This document shows positions 36,920-49,165 of a stretch of DNA of 64,000 bases, in pieces. Source of the DNA: Leucoraja erinacea (lineage: Eukaryota); contig NC_073406.1 in assembly GCF_028641065.1 (NCBI RefSeq), positions 4,960,001-5,024,000 of the forward strand. The letters are read 5' to 3'. Position 1 is the first letter of the stretch, and every line of letters starts with the position of its first letter. The notes beneath the pieces were generated by a model. That model searched no databases, was not told the origin of the DNA, and was given only the letters and a program-made list of their open reading frames with translations. The translations under genes were made by a program, and so were the position numbers.

Positions 36920-37212
36920 CGTAGAGTTGCTGCCTCACAGCGCCAGAGACTCGGGTTGGATCCCAACTGTGGGCTCTGTCTGTTCGGAGATTTATGTTCT
37001 CCCCGTGACCTGCGTGGGTTTTCTCAGAGATCTTCGTTTTTTTTCCCCCACACTCCAAAGATGTACAGGTTTGTAGGTTCATTGGTATGAATGTAAAATT
37101 GCTCCTAGTGTGTGTAGGATAGTGTTAGTGTGCAGGGATCGCTGGTCAGTGTGGACTCAGTGGGCTGAAGGGCCTGTTCCCACGCTGTATCTCTAAACCA
37201 AACTAAACTAAA
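36920..37212 (+). mobile_element. HE1/V-SINE
   Basis: Matches the SINE consensus. Confidence 0.8.
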
Positions 37213-37634
37213 GGAGATAAGAAGGAATTTCTTTAGGCAGAGGGTGGTGAATCTGTGGGATTAATTGTGGCTGTGGAGGCCAAGTCAATGGATATTTTTA
37301 AGGCGGAGGTTGACAGATTGTTGATTGGTATGGGTCTCGGGAGTGACTGGGAGAAGGCAGGAGAATGGGGTTGAGAGGGAAAGATAGATCAGCCATGAAT
37401 GAATGGAGGAGTAGACTTGATGTGCTGAATGGCCTAACTCTGCTCCATTAACATATGAACCCAAGTTGAATGAATAATAATAATAATAATAATAATCTTT
37501 ATTTATTTAGCACTTTTCAACAAAACCAGTATTTGAACCAAAGTGCTTTACAGAGATTGATTAAATTAATTGAACAGATCAAATGTCAATAAATCCATAC
37601 AAAACAAAAAAGAAAAAAAAAAAGAAAAAAAAAT

Positions 37635-38023
37635 TTGAATGAATAAGTTTATTGGCCAAGTAAGGTATTCACATACAAGGAATTTGCCTTGGTGCTCCGC
37701 CCACAAGTGACAACATGAGACTCAGTGACAGTTACGAATGACACATAGAACACTAAACATTAATAATAAAACACCATTGGTCAAACATGTGAACCAAACA
37801 AAATACCAGAGCAAAAGGCAGTTAGATTTTTGGTTATTGAGTAGAGCTACTACTCGTGGAAAAAAGCTGCATTTATGTCTGGCTGTGGCAGCTTTGACAA
37901 TCCGGAGTTGCCTTTCAGAGGGAAGTGATTCAAAGTTTGTGGTCAGGGTGAGAGAGATGAGCTTACCCGCACACTTCCTGGCCCTTGCAGTGTACAGTTC
38001 GTCAATGGAGGGAAGGCCTTTGG
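37635..38023 (-). mobile_element. Rex1/Babar-type LINE 3' fragment
   Basis: LPSIDELYTARARKCAGK...FESLPSERQLR...T-RHKCSFFP. The 3' end is shared with copies near 58003 and 63915. Confidence 0.7.
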
Positions 38024-38050
38024 TCACATCTCTTAGTTACAGCTCTCAGT

Positions 38051-39007
38051 CTAGCGCAGGGCCACGGTGTAAACCTTCTGCGATCTCCTCTTTGTGCTGT
38101 ACTTTGGCCTGAACTTGTTGGTTGCAAAGAAGTATATGAGAGGGTCGAGGCAGCAGGTGAGGCTGACTAAGGCCATGGTGACACGCCGGCTCTTGTAGAG
38201 GAAGCTGCGGAAAGCACAGTCCTCGATGACTTCCAAACGGCCAAACACGTAGAAGACGTGGGTGACGTGATACGGGACGAGGCAGAGAATGGAGATGACC
38301 ATAATGGCCCAGATCATTCTCAGAGCCTTGTCCCTGTGAACGCTGCTCTTCAGCCGGGCGATTTTCCTGGCGGCCAGCGGGTAGAATATAATGATGATTG
38401 TGAAGGGGATGAAGAAGCCGAAGAAGAACGCTATGATGTTGTAGGCCGCCATCCACTCGCTCCAAGCCTTGGCGTCAAAGTTCTCGAAGCAAGCGGTGGA
38501 GTTGCCGGTGCCGGCGTTGTTGAGCGTGCCGCCGGTGACCAGCGGCAGCATGATGGCCAAGGCCAGCAGCCAGACCAGCGCCGCCACCACCCGCGGGACC
38601 CTTGACCCCCTCACCCGGAGGTACTTGCGAGGGTAGACCACCGCAATGTAGCGGTCCAAGCAAATCAGGCTGAGGAAAGTAACGCTGAGGTAAACGTTGG
38701 CGTAATACAAAGTGCCTGTGATCCTGCAGGTCACGTCCCCAAATACCCAGTTGTTGTGCTTCATGTGGTAATGGATTCTGAAGGGCAAGGTGCAAATATA
38801 AATGATGTCCACCACGATCAGGTTTGCAATGTAGATGAAGGATGGGGAGGCTTTTTTAGTTTTCTTTATAAAAATGCAGAGGGCCGAGACATTTCCGGTC
38901 AAGCCCAGGACAAACACGATGGTGTAGACCGCGGGGAACAACTGGTACTGGAAATGGGCCTCGTCGGTGCAGTTCCCGCTGGAGGGGGCTCGTCCCAAGT
39001 TGCCCAT
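38051..39007 (-). CDS. Class A GPCR, P2Y/LPAR6-like (delta group), single coding exon, 318 aa
   Basis: Seven hydrophobic segments, TM1 GN, LPFRI-Y, W-FGD--C, CLDRY, ECL2 TACFENF (LPAR6/LPAR4-like), TM6 CLVPYH, TM7 CCLDPLIY, N-terminal NCT sequon, Kozak aacATGG. Candidate upstream acceptor at 39075. Confidence 0.92.
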   Translation of the reverse strand: MGNLGRAPSSGNCTDEAHFQYQLFPAVYTIVFVLGLTGNVSALCIFIKKTKKASPSFIYIANLIVVDIIYICTLPFRIHYHMKHNNWVFGDVTCRITGTLYYANVYLSVTFLSLICLDRYIAVVYPRKYLRVRGSRVPRVVAALVWLLALAIMLPLVTGGTLNNAGTGNSTACFENFDAKAWSEWMAAYNIIAFFFGFFIPFTIIIIFYPLAARKIARLKSSVHRDKALRMIWAIMVISILCLVPYHVTHVFYVFGRLEVIEDCAFRSFLYKSRRVTMALVSLTCCLDPLIYFFATNKFRPKYSTKRRSQKVYTVALR

Positions 39008-39204
39008 GTTTCAGTTGGTCGCCCACAACGTTGGGTGCTTTGGCAGAGCTGGTCCCAAGGCAACGCCCAGATCACCTGGATACAAGGCAGCAAAGATCAG
39101 ACATTCACTGATAAATGCAAGGCCAGAGAGAGGCATCTCAGTGGGAGGAGGAGGGGGGGGGGGGGGGGGGAAGAGCAATCTAATCATGGGAGAGTTGTGT
39201 GTGC

Positions 39205-39642
39205 ATCCTGGGATGGTAGGACTGTCATATGCTGAGAGAATGGAGCAGCTGGGCTTGTACACTCTGGAGTTCAGAAGGATGAGAGGGGATCTTATTGAAA
39301 CATATATGATTGTTAAGGGCTTGGACACGCTAGAGGCAGGAAACATGTTCCCGATGTTGGGGGAGCCCAGAACCAGGGGCCAGTTTAAGAATAAGGGGTA
39401 AGCCATTTAGAACGGAGACGATGAAACACTTTTTCTCACAGAGTGGCGAGTCTGTGGAATTCTCTGCCTCAGATGCTTTCAAGAGAGAGCTAGATAGGGC
39501 TCTTAAAAATAGCGGAGTCAGGGGATATGGGGTGAAGGCAGGAACGGGGTACTGATTGGCGATGATCAGCCATGATCACATTGATGGCGGTGCTGGCTCG
39601 AAGGGCCGAATGGCCTACTCCTGCACCTATTGTCTATTGTAT
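39205..39642 (+). mobile_element. CR1/HER1 LINE 3' fragment
   Basis: GLSYAERMEQLGLYTLEFRRMRGDLIETY... plus the CR1 tail. Confidence 0.87.
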
Positions 39643-40163
39643 CTAATTCATATCACCCGGGTGTAAGCTACCCAAATGGAAGATGTGGTCCATGTGGAAC
39701 ACTGAAAACTGCCATTGCTTCTTTAAGAAGGGCGGCATGGTGGCACCTAGTTGTCCCCAGTGTGTGTAGGATAGAGTGAAATGTGCGGGGATCGCTGGCC
39801 GGCATGGAGTCACTGGGCCGAAGGGCCTGTTTCCGCGAGATCTCTGAACTAAACTAAGGAAAAAATAACTGAAAAGAACAAAAGAAAGACATTTGAAAAC
39901 ACAAGGAATTGTCGACACTGGGATGTTGAGTGAAGTACACAGTGTGTTGGTTGAACTCAGCGGGCCGGGCAGCCTCAGTGGAAGGAATGCGGAGGTGACG
40001 TTTCAGGTCGGGACCCTTCATTGGACTGATTATAGTGAGAGGTAGAAAGCTGGAAAAGAGAAGTGGGGTGGACAAAGTCAGGTGGTGATAGGTGGATGAA
40101 GGTGAGAGGGGTTTTAGTTTGCAGATGGGTGGACAAAGGTGAGAGGTTAAAATGAGACAAAGG

Positions 40164-40909
40164 TAAATGCCTGTGTCAAGAAGCTACCATAGCGCACTCT
40201 TTTGTTTTTTGTACAAAAATCCAAAAATTCTGGTATGAAATATTTGATATTTTTTCAAAATTAATCAAAATAAAACTGGTACCAAAACCAGAATGGATTA
40301 TTTTTGGAATATCGGAAGGTAACCCTGAACTAAACATGTTTCAGAAGAATTTATTCAATTACGGGCTAATAATGGGGAAAAAAGCTTATACTTAAATTCT
40401 GGAAAAATGCGCCCACACCAACAATAAAAATGTGGATATCAAATATGTTTGAAACATTACATCTGGAAGAGATGAGATTCCTCTTAGCAGGTAAAGCAGA
40501 CCAATTCCAAAAGACGTGGTCTATGTTTCTGGACCTATTACAAATATGAGGTGCAACAGTCATTTTTAAAAATAAATAAATACATAAATGGTATCAGGAC
40601 CTGGTAACGGGAGGTAAAACAACAAAAACAGACTTGGTTGGTAGTCCCTTTTCTGGGGAGAGCGATTGTTCCTAGAGGAAGTTTCTTTTCTAATACTTTC
40701 ATTTACTTCCTTCTAGAACTTTTCTAAGGGGCTTTCGATTCCCAACACTCTTGCACTTCACGACTCTTGCGCACTTTCTTTACTTTCTTTACTTCTATCT
40801 TTTTCTTAAAGCTCAAAAAAAAATGAAGCGGTTAAAAAAATGTATTAAGATATGTGTTGTGTAGTATTGTAATTTACCGTACTTCTAATAAAATAAAAAA
40901 ATAAATAAA
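40164..40909 (+). mobile_element. 5'-truncated L1-clade LINE with 15-bp TSD
   Basis: ORF2 C-terminus-like ILKFWKNAPTPTIKMWISNMFETLHLEEMRF...FQKTWSMFL, AATAAA and A-rich tail, TSD aaaatgagacaaagg at 40149-40163 and 40910-40924, TT|AAAA target. Confidence 0.82.
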
Positions 40910-42925
40910 AAAATGAGACAAAGGGTGTCAGACGGGGAAGCCCAGAGGAAGTGTAATATGCATAATAGGACATAAAGCTGCAGCATTAATGGATAGAACA
41001 AAAGAGCTGGCATGAACTCGATGGGCTGAATGGCCCACCTGGGCTACTGTCTATGCAAACGAGTGCTGAATGGGGTCAAGAGAGCATCATCGAATAGATG
41101 AGACGGGTTGAGCCAAAACCAGAAGATGCTGGAAGCACTCAGCAGATCAGGCAGCCTTTGTGGGAGCAGAGAGAGTTCATGTTTCAGGTCGGGACCCTTC
41201 ATCTTTCCTCAACCCCATCGATGAAAGTCAAGTCAAGTTTATTCGTTACACACACATACGAGATGTGCAGTGAAATGAAAAGTGATGCAGGTACCATAGC
41301 CGAAACGCTAATGGTTTCTCTCACCATAAAATAAAAACCACCCAGAGGGACATGTTGCTAAAGTTAGACCCCCACAGGAAGCTACAAGGTGCTTATTGTC
41401 ACGAATAGTCAGAGACCTGATGCTTGCAAAGAGTTTTAGAAACCAAATACACAAGGACCAAAGATTTGGCAAGGTAGAACATGGGAACGTTACCGAGACG
41501 TAGAAGAAGAAATGTAAAACGTTGCATAAATGAGTAAGAAAGAATAGAGCAAAATAAATCTAGCAGAAGCTGGAGAAATTGTGGTGGAAATGGGCAAAGT
41601 AATAAACTTGTTTCATAATGCATCGAACACAGAATGGTACAGCACAGGAACACAAATGTCCGTGCCCAACGATGATGCCAGGTTAAACTTATCTCCTCTG
41701 CCTGATCTATTCCCTGCATATCCATGTACCTAACTAAAAAGGCTCTTAAATACCACTAAGGTATCTGCCTCCACCACCATCCCTGGCAGCAAGTTCCACG
41801 CACCCACCCTCCTCTGTGTTTCAAAACTTGCTCTGCACATCTCCTTTAAACATTGCTCCCTCTCACCTTAAGGCTATGCTCTGTAATCTTTGCCATTTCC
41901 AGCCTGGGGAAAAAAAGATCCCGACTGTCCACCAGATCCTTGCCTCTTAGTTTAGTTTAGAGATGATAATTTTATATATTTTTATCAGGTCTCATTTCAG
42001 CCTCTGACACTCCAGAGAGAGCAACTCCAGTCTGTTCAACTTCCCCCTCTAGAAGATAGTTAGAACACACCAACTATAGTTTATAGACACCAAAAGCTGG
42101 AATAACTCAGCGGGCTAGGCAGCATCTCTGGAAAAAAGGAATAGGTGATGTTTCGGGCCGAGACCCTTCTTCAGACCCGACCCAAAACATCACCTATTCC
42201 TTTTCTCCGGAGATGCTGCCCGACCCACTGAGTGACTCCAGCATTTTGTGTCTGTCTTCGGTGTAAACCAGCATCTGCAGTTCCTTCCCACACTAATTAT
42301 CCAGTTTTCTCTTGGAGAGCCACGGGTTGACGTGAGATGTCTAAAATTATAAAAGGCTTTGCACAATTAAGTTTACACACTTACTTGCCGAGAAGTTGCA
42401 ATGTTAACTCTATGGACACTGCGGGTAATAAATGGAAAGCCACTCACCAGTCGATCTCTGCCAGGTTTGTGAAGCTCAGTTCCTCAATACTCCAGCTGAG
42501 GAATAAACGCGTGGCTTGAGGATAGCTGTGCCTCACATGCACTGAAGAGACAATTGCTCTCGGCAGTTTGATGGGGTGAGGGATTGCAACCTTCACCTGG
42601 TCCGCCCTGTTTCGACAAATGCAATCAACCCGGTGTGCACAATCAAATAATATCAAATAGAACAAGTTGTCCTCCAACTTTAGGCTGTGCACGCCGTACG
42701 CAAGAAGCGCAGTTTCATGGTGACAAATGATCTATATCCGCTGAACTCCTCTACATATAGGAAGGGCTGAAAATAAACATTGTGGTTGGCCAATGTGCAG
42801 GCATGAAGGGAAACTCAGAAACACAAGCCTGATGGTTCTCCGAACCAGCCAGCACCTTCACAGTTGTTGAGATGAGACAAAACAACTCAAGCACCTCTGT
42901 AAGTAACCAAGGCATTTTGAAATAC

Positions 42926-42931
42926 TTTATT
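42926..42931 (-). terminator. Candidate PUSL1 polyadenylation signal AATAAA
   Basis: First visible minus-strand AATAAA about 0.8 kb past the PUSL1 stop. An N gap lies between them. Confidence 0.4.
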
Positions 42932-42997
42932 TTCTGTTATGCAAACTAATGCAAATATTGCAAACAATTACACTTTTGTTCTGCCATCTTTTAGTTT

Positions 42998-43460
42998 TGT
43001 GTGTGCGCGTGTGTATGAGTGTGTGTGCGGGCGTGTCTGTGTGTGTGTGTGTATGTGCGCGTGTGTGTGTGTGCGCGCGCGTGTGCGAGCGTGTGTATGT
43101 GTATGTGTGCNNNNNNNNNNNNNNNNNNNNNNNNNNNNNNNNNNNNNNNNNNNNNNNNNNNNNNNNNNNNNNNNNNNNNNNNNNNNNNNNNNNNNNNNNN
43201 NNNNNNNNNNNNNNNNNNNNNNNNNNNNNNNNNNNNNNNNNNNNNNNNNNNNNNNNNNNNNNNNNNNNNNNNNNNNNNNNNNNNNNNNNNNNNNNNNNNN
43301 NNNNNNNNNNNNNNNNNNNNNNNNNNNNNNNNNNNNNNNNNNNNNNNNNNNNNNNNNNNNNNNNNNNNNNNNNNNNNNNNNNNNNNNNNNNNNNNNNTTT
43401 ATGTATGAGTTTGTGTGTGTGTGCGTATGTGCGCGCGTGTGAGTGTGTGTGCGTGTGTCT
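42998..43460. repeat. (TG/CG)n microsatellite spanning an assembly gap
   Basis: Alternating purine-pyrimidine tract on both sides of the N run. Confidence 0.9.
43111..43397. other. Assembly gap (N)
   Basis: Run of N. Confidence 1.
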
Positions 43461-43744
43461 GTCTGTCGGGGCTGGGGGCCATAGACTTTGCCAAGCTGGG
43501 AGATGCTGGCTCCATCCCCACTCACTGACACCCACCACCAAGCCAGAGTTTTAGAAGCTGATGATTTTTGGCAGCTTAACATGAGCCTGCATCCAGCATT
43601 GTATCTTCTCCATAACTCCAGACACATTCGGGAGTATTGATGCAATACCGGGCATGTCCACACGAGTCGATGTAGGTGCCCGGTCCGCTCTTGGTCCTAG
43701 ATGCCGGTTGCCATGACAACAGGCGGTCCACGTACTCCCTCCCG

Positions 43745-43776
43745 TCACCCAGTGATGTCATCTTTCACTCGAAGAT
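43745..43776 (-). CDS. PUSL1: PUSL1 last coding exon
   Basis: Strong acceptor gttttgctttgcag|AT, phase 1, DLRVKDDITG*. This tail is poorly conserved, so it is inferred from phase and position. Confidence 0.6.
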
Positions 43777-44930
43777 CTGCAAAGCAAAACACAGCGGGGC
43801 TGGTGATGGTTGCCATGACAACCCTCGGTTCAGTTTCTGGTCACCTTCAGGACGAAGCTACGGAGAAACATAGTAAATAGGTGAAGGAGGTGGCCATTCG
43901 GCCCTTCCAGCCAGCACCGCCTTGGAATATGATCATGGCTGACCATCCAGAATCAGTAACCCCGTTCCTGCTCCCTCCCCTCCCCCAATATCCCTTGATT
44001 CTGTTAGGCCTAAGTGTCACATCCAATTCTCTTTTGAATACATTCAGTGAATTGGCCACCACTGCCTTCTGTAGCAGAGAACCACGCTCACTGGCATCTG
44101 CAGCTGGAACATCTGGCGTGCGTGTAACATCTGGGGGCTCCACTCTCTTGAATGATGCGGCCCATCCACACTCTCCACATCCTGCCGTCGAATCAACGCT
44201 TTCAATTACACAGAACAGCCCAGCACGGGAACAGGCCCTTCAGCCCACGATGCCTGTGCCCAACATCATGCTCACACCAACCATCATTTTAGTGTTTTTT
44301 TAAGTTTAGAGATACATTAAACACTATCCTACACCCACTAGGGAAAATGTCACACATACACCAAGCCAATTCACCTACCTACAAACCTGCACGTCTATAA
44401 AGTGTGGGTGTAAACCGAAGATCTCGGGGAAAACCCACGCAGGTCACGGGGCAAACGCACAAACTCCGTACAGACAAGTACCCGTAGTTGGGATCGAACC
44501 CGGGTCTCCAGCGCTGCAAACCCTGCAAGACGGCAACTCTACCACTGCGCCACTATAACGTGAGAGGGGGGAAGGGGGAAGTTTAATGGAGATGTGGGGG
44601 GGGGGGGGGGGGGCGGGGGGGGACACACTTTATTTACACAGACTGGTGGGTGCCTGGAATTTGTTTGCGAGGTTTCATCACGGTTTGTCTTTCAGCTGAC
44701 TGGATAGCATGCAACAAAAGCTTTTCATTGCCCCTGGGAACACGAGACAATAAACTAAACTGAACTGAAGGCCGGTTTAGTTTACTTTAGTTTAGTTTAG
44801 AGATACAGTGTGGAAACAGGCCCTTCGGCCCACCGGGTGGGCACCGACCAGCGATGCCCGCACACATTGACACTATCCTACACATACTGGGAACAATTTA
44901 CATTTATGCCAAGCCAAATTAACCTACAAA

Positions 44931-45367
44931 CTGGATAGACTTGGTTTATACTCTCTAGAATTTAGAAGATTGAGAGGGGATCTTATAGAAACTTACAAAA
45001 TTCTTAAGGGGTTGGACAGGCTAGATGCAGGAAGATTGTTCCCGATGTTAGGGAAGTCCAGGACAAGGGGTCACAGCTTAAGGATAAAGGGGAAATCCTT
45101 TAAAACCGAGATGAGAAGAACTTTTTTCACGCAGAGAATGGTGAATCTCTGGAACTCTCTGCCACAGAGGGTAGTTGAGGCCAGTTCATTGGCTATATTT
45201 AAGAGGGGAGTTAGATGTGGCCCTTGTGGCTAAGGGGATCAGGGGGTATGGAGAGAAGGCAGGTACGGGATACTGAGTTGGATGATCAGCCATGATCATA
45301 TTGAATGGCGGTGCAGGCTCGAAGGGCCGAATGGCCTACTCCTGCACCTAATTTCTATGTTTCTATG
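44931..45367 (+). mobile_element. CR1/HER1 fragment nested in a minus-strand HE1 SINE (44775-45415)
   Basis: The SINE motif aacctacaaac|ctgcacgtctttgga is split by the CR1 copy. Confidence 0.82.
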
Positions 45368-46404
45368 TTAAACCTGCACGTCTTTGGAGTGCGGGGAGGA
45401 AACCAGAGATCCCGGCTGGTGGGAGTGGTAGTGGCGGGCACGAGGCTTTTAGACAGGCACATGGAAGAAGAGCAGGGATTGGAGGGGTGTGGATCGTGGA
45501 ACAGGCTTCATGCTCGGCACAAACATTGTGGGCTGCAGGACATTGCGTGCATGGGCCCGTTACTGCGCCACGGTTTGCATCAGCCTCAAACGCCACCTCT
45601 GGGCCCCGCGCATCTTTGCAGAGCTGATGTGCAAACCAGCGAATGCTCCCCTTACACCCTCTGTGGCAAACGCAGTGTAAATTAGTGCTGTCCAGACCCG
45701 AGATAGCTCCTCGTGGAAAACAACAGTAGCATGCGTGTAGGAAGTGAAATGCAGATGCCAGTTAGATAGACACAAAATGCTCAGCGGGACAGGTTTCGCC
45801 AGCATTTTGTGTCTATCTGCAATATAATTAGTGGCGTGGGTTGGAAATAAATCCTGATAAACAACTCTGTTGTGCAATGAGTGAGCTCAGCTTCAGAGAG
45901 CGGGGACTGGTGCAGTGAAGAGCAGACCGGATGCCAAAGATAGACACAAAATGCTCAGTAGTAACTCAGCGGGACAGGCGGCATCTCTGGAGAGAAGGAA
46001 TGGGTGACGTTTCGGGTCGAGACCCTTCGGGTCTCGACCCGAAACGTCGCCCATTCCTTCAAGGGTCTCTACCCGAAACGTCACCTGTTCCTTCTCTCCA
46101 GAGATGCTGCTGCCTGTCCCTCTGAGTCACTCCAGCATTTTGTGTCTATCTTCAATATTCATACCGCTGGGCTGTAAGCTGCCCAAGTGAAATACGAGAT
46201 GCTGCTCCTCCAATGTGCATTTAGCCTCCCTCTGGCAATGGGGGAGACCCCTCACTGGATGCTGAACGCTAGCGCTTCCCTTCCTGTAACCTGCGAACCA
46301 TTAAATTACTTCACTTTCACGTTTTTACCGGGATGAGAGAATTCCCCTGCTCGCTGGCAACCCTGCAGACGGGCTCCAGTACTGCCCTTGAGAGGCGCAG
46401 GGAC

Positions 46405-46792
46405 GTTATTGAAACATGTTAGATTGTTAAGGGCTTGGACACGCTAGAGGCAGGAATCGTGTTCCCGATGTTGGGGGAGTCCAGAACCAGGGGTCACACA
46501 CAGTTTGAGAATAAGGAGAAAGCCATTTAGAACGGAGACGAGGAAACACTTTTTCTCACAGAGAGTGGTGAGTCTGTGGAATTCTCTGCCTCAGAGGGCG
46601 GTGGAGGCGGGTTCTCTGGATGCTTTCGAGAGAGAGCTAGATAGGGCTCTTAAAAATAGCAGAGTCAGAGGATATGGGGAGAAGGCAGGAACGGGGTACT
46701 GATTGGGGATGATCAGCCATGATCACATTGAATGGCGGTGCTGGCTCGAAGGACCGAATGGCCTACTCCTGCACCTATTGTCTATTGTCTAT
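46405..46792 (+). mobile_element. CR1/HER1 LINE 3' fragment
   Basis: PFRTETRKHFFSQRVVSLWNSLPQRAVEA...YGEKAGTGY plus tail. Confidence 0.85.
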
Positions 46793-47549
46793 TATTGTCC
46801 CTGGATGTTTACAGGAGCTTGGTGCATGGCCGTGTGGGCATGTGTGTTTAAAAATGTGTGTATATACTGATTATAGTCAGATTGGTGTCATTATCAATGT
46901 GAATCTGTCTATGTGCAGGGAAATGTGTACAAATACCTCTTGTGTATATGTGACACCTGCATTTAAGTTAAAATGCAGCAGTGATCTGGTGTATGGTGTA
47001 AATCTTGTACATGCCAGCATCTTAGTGTATGTATATCTGTTCTGATGGTTTATCATGTCTGCATGCGTCTATTCATGTGAAACTATATTTGCTGTAGGTG
47101 TGTGTGTCGATACCATCGAATGTGCATGCTTGCCTGCATGTGTGTGCGCGCATGTGTATGTACTAATATTTGGGGATTTGCACACACACATCCCTGCATG
47201 TGTGTGTGGTTGCATGTGTGCTTACATTTGGGAATGTGCATGCATGTGTGCATGCATCCCTGTGTGTGTGTGTATGTTTATATCCTGGAATATGCATTCT
47301 ACTTCCATGTGCATGCATGCATGTGCAGTTCTGTACTTAGAGGGAGAGACAGTGTATTTTCCTGTGCTTTCTCTTTGGAGTCAACCAGTGTGGCGACCAA
47401 GATGCCCCATCTACGCTTGTCCCACCTGCCCAACATTTTGCCCAAACCCCTCTAAACCGTTCCGATCCATGTACCTCTCCAAAGGCCTTTTACAAGCTGT
47501 TCTAGTAGCTGCCTCCTGTATCCTGTACATTCGCCTCCTCACCGCTTAC

Positions 47550-47712
47550 CGTTTTCATCGTACTCCACGGTGTTGAGGAAGAGGCCGCTGGGTGGTGCGA
47601 TGAAACTGCCGGGATAGGCCCTGGAGTCACGGCACTCCAGCAACTCGCCGATGTGCTGCGGTGTTAGCCTGCCCCGGCCAACGGCCACCAGAGCACCCGT
47701 CATTCTCCGCAC
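47550..47712 (-). CDS. PUSL1: PUSL1 (TruA-family pseudouridine synthase-like 1) exon
   Basis: VRRMTGALVAVGRGRLTPQHIGELLECRDSRAYPGSFIAPPSGLFLNTVEY, 163 nt, AG/GT. Confidence 0.92.
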
Positions 47713-48721
47713 CTGCAACAACACGCACATGATCCATATCCTTCCAGGTTCCGTGCTGGTTTTACCTTGCACTAAACGTTATTCCCTTATCATGTATCTG
47801 TACAATGTGAACGGCTCGATTGTAAACGTGTATTGTCTTTCCGCTGGCTGGTTAGCACGCAACAAAAGCTTTTCACTGTACCTCGGTACACGTGACAATA
47901 AACTAAACTGACCCAAGAGGCGAACATTGGGGAAAAGGGATCAAGCAGAGCATTTGGGGATGCTTCCCGAGCTCGGGGGGGGGGGGGGGGACAACAGTCG
48001 GGGTCTGGGTCTGGGGGGGCAGTGGAGCAGGTTTCTCAACAGAGAGGAAGGAACGAGGGCTGACTCGGTAAAATGGTGAGGGCCAGGACATGACATTGGG
48101 GGCAGCACACGTTGGGGGGTGGGGGCAATGGGGTCGGAGGCAGTGGAGCAACTTTCAACAGCAGTCTAGACCGGGTGGTGGGGCGAGAGAGGGCGCAGTT
48201 AGATTTTGGGCGGCAGGGGGTTCGGCAATGGATGGACCGGATTGAGAGAGCGGGCGGTTAGATCCGGGCAGGGAATGGATGGAGTTGGCGGTGGGGACCA
48301 GGAATGACATCTTCCCTCTCTGCATTGTCCGTCCTCGAACTCAGCTGCAACGAAGTCTCGGCGTGGCCGAGCGGCTGGGGTGTGAAAGTTGAAGGTTGAA
48401 GCGTGGAGATCATGTGGATATCGTGGTGACAGCAATGAGTTGGGAAACCACAACGTAACGTGTGGGATTGTGACTCACTCTTTCCATTACCTGTCTCATT
48501 GACACATAGACCACTAACTAAACCAGCAAGGAGGAGGCTCAGCGCTGGTGCAGCATTAATAATAGTCTGGAGATATCAAATGGAAATTTCAGCACCAAAA
48601 TATCTCCAGTGGGTGTCCCAGCTCAGTCACGGCAAGTTGCGTCTATTGTCACTTTCATTAAGTATGATGAGGTGGACGACCTCGCTTGCTGCAGCATCAC
48701 AGCCACATAGATTCAGGCAAC

Positions 48722-48952
48722 GCACAGTGGTGCAGCGGTAGAGTTGCTGCCTCTCAAACGCCAGTGACCCGGGTTCGATCCTGGCTACGGGCCGCTGTCT
48801 GTACGGAGTTTGTACATTCTCCACAACATGACCTGCAGTTTGTAGGTTCATTGGCTTTGGTAAAATTGTAAATTGTGGGATGGTGTTAGTGTGGGGGATC
48901 GCTGGTCGGCACAGACTTGATGGGCTGAAGGGCCTGTTTCTGTGCTGTATGT
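48722..48952 (+). mobile_element. HE1/V-SINE
   Basis: Matches the SINE consensus with an internal deletion. Confidence 0.75.
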
Positions 48953-49165
48953 ATAAAGAGATAGGTTTTCAAGAGAGAGTTAGATTTAGCTCTTAGGGCT
49001 AAAGGAATCAAGGGATATGGGGGAAAAGCAGGAACAGGGTACTGACTTTAGACGATCAGCCATGATCATATTGAATGGTGATGCTGGCTTGAAGGGCCAA
49101 ATGGCCTACTCCTGTACTTATTTTCTATGTTTCTAAAACAATGTGGACAAACACTCTGCCCTCAC

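Noticed and set aside
38046-39235. Several 100-160-aa ORFs overlapping the GPCR
   Set aside because: Shadow ORFs from codon bias of the real gene.
42927-43663. Long His/Thr- or Cys/Val-rich ORFs
   Set aside because: Translations of a (TG)n microsatellite and an N gap.
47055-47576. 173-aa Cys-rich ORF
   Set aside because: Degenerate TG-rich low-complexity sequence running into a CR1 tail.
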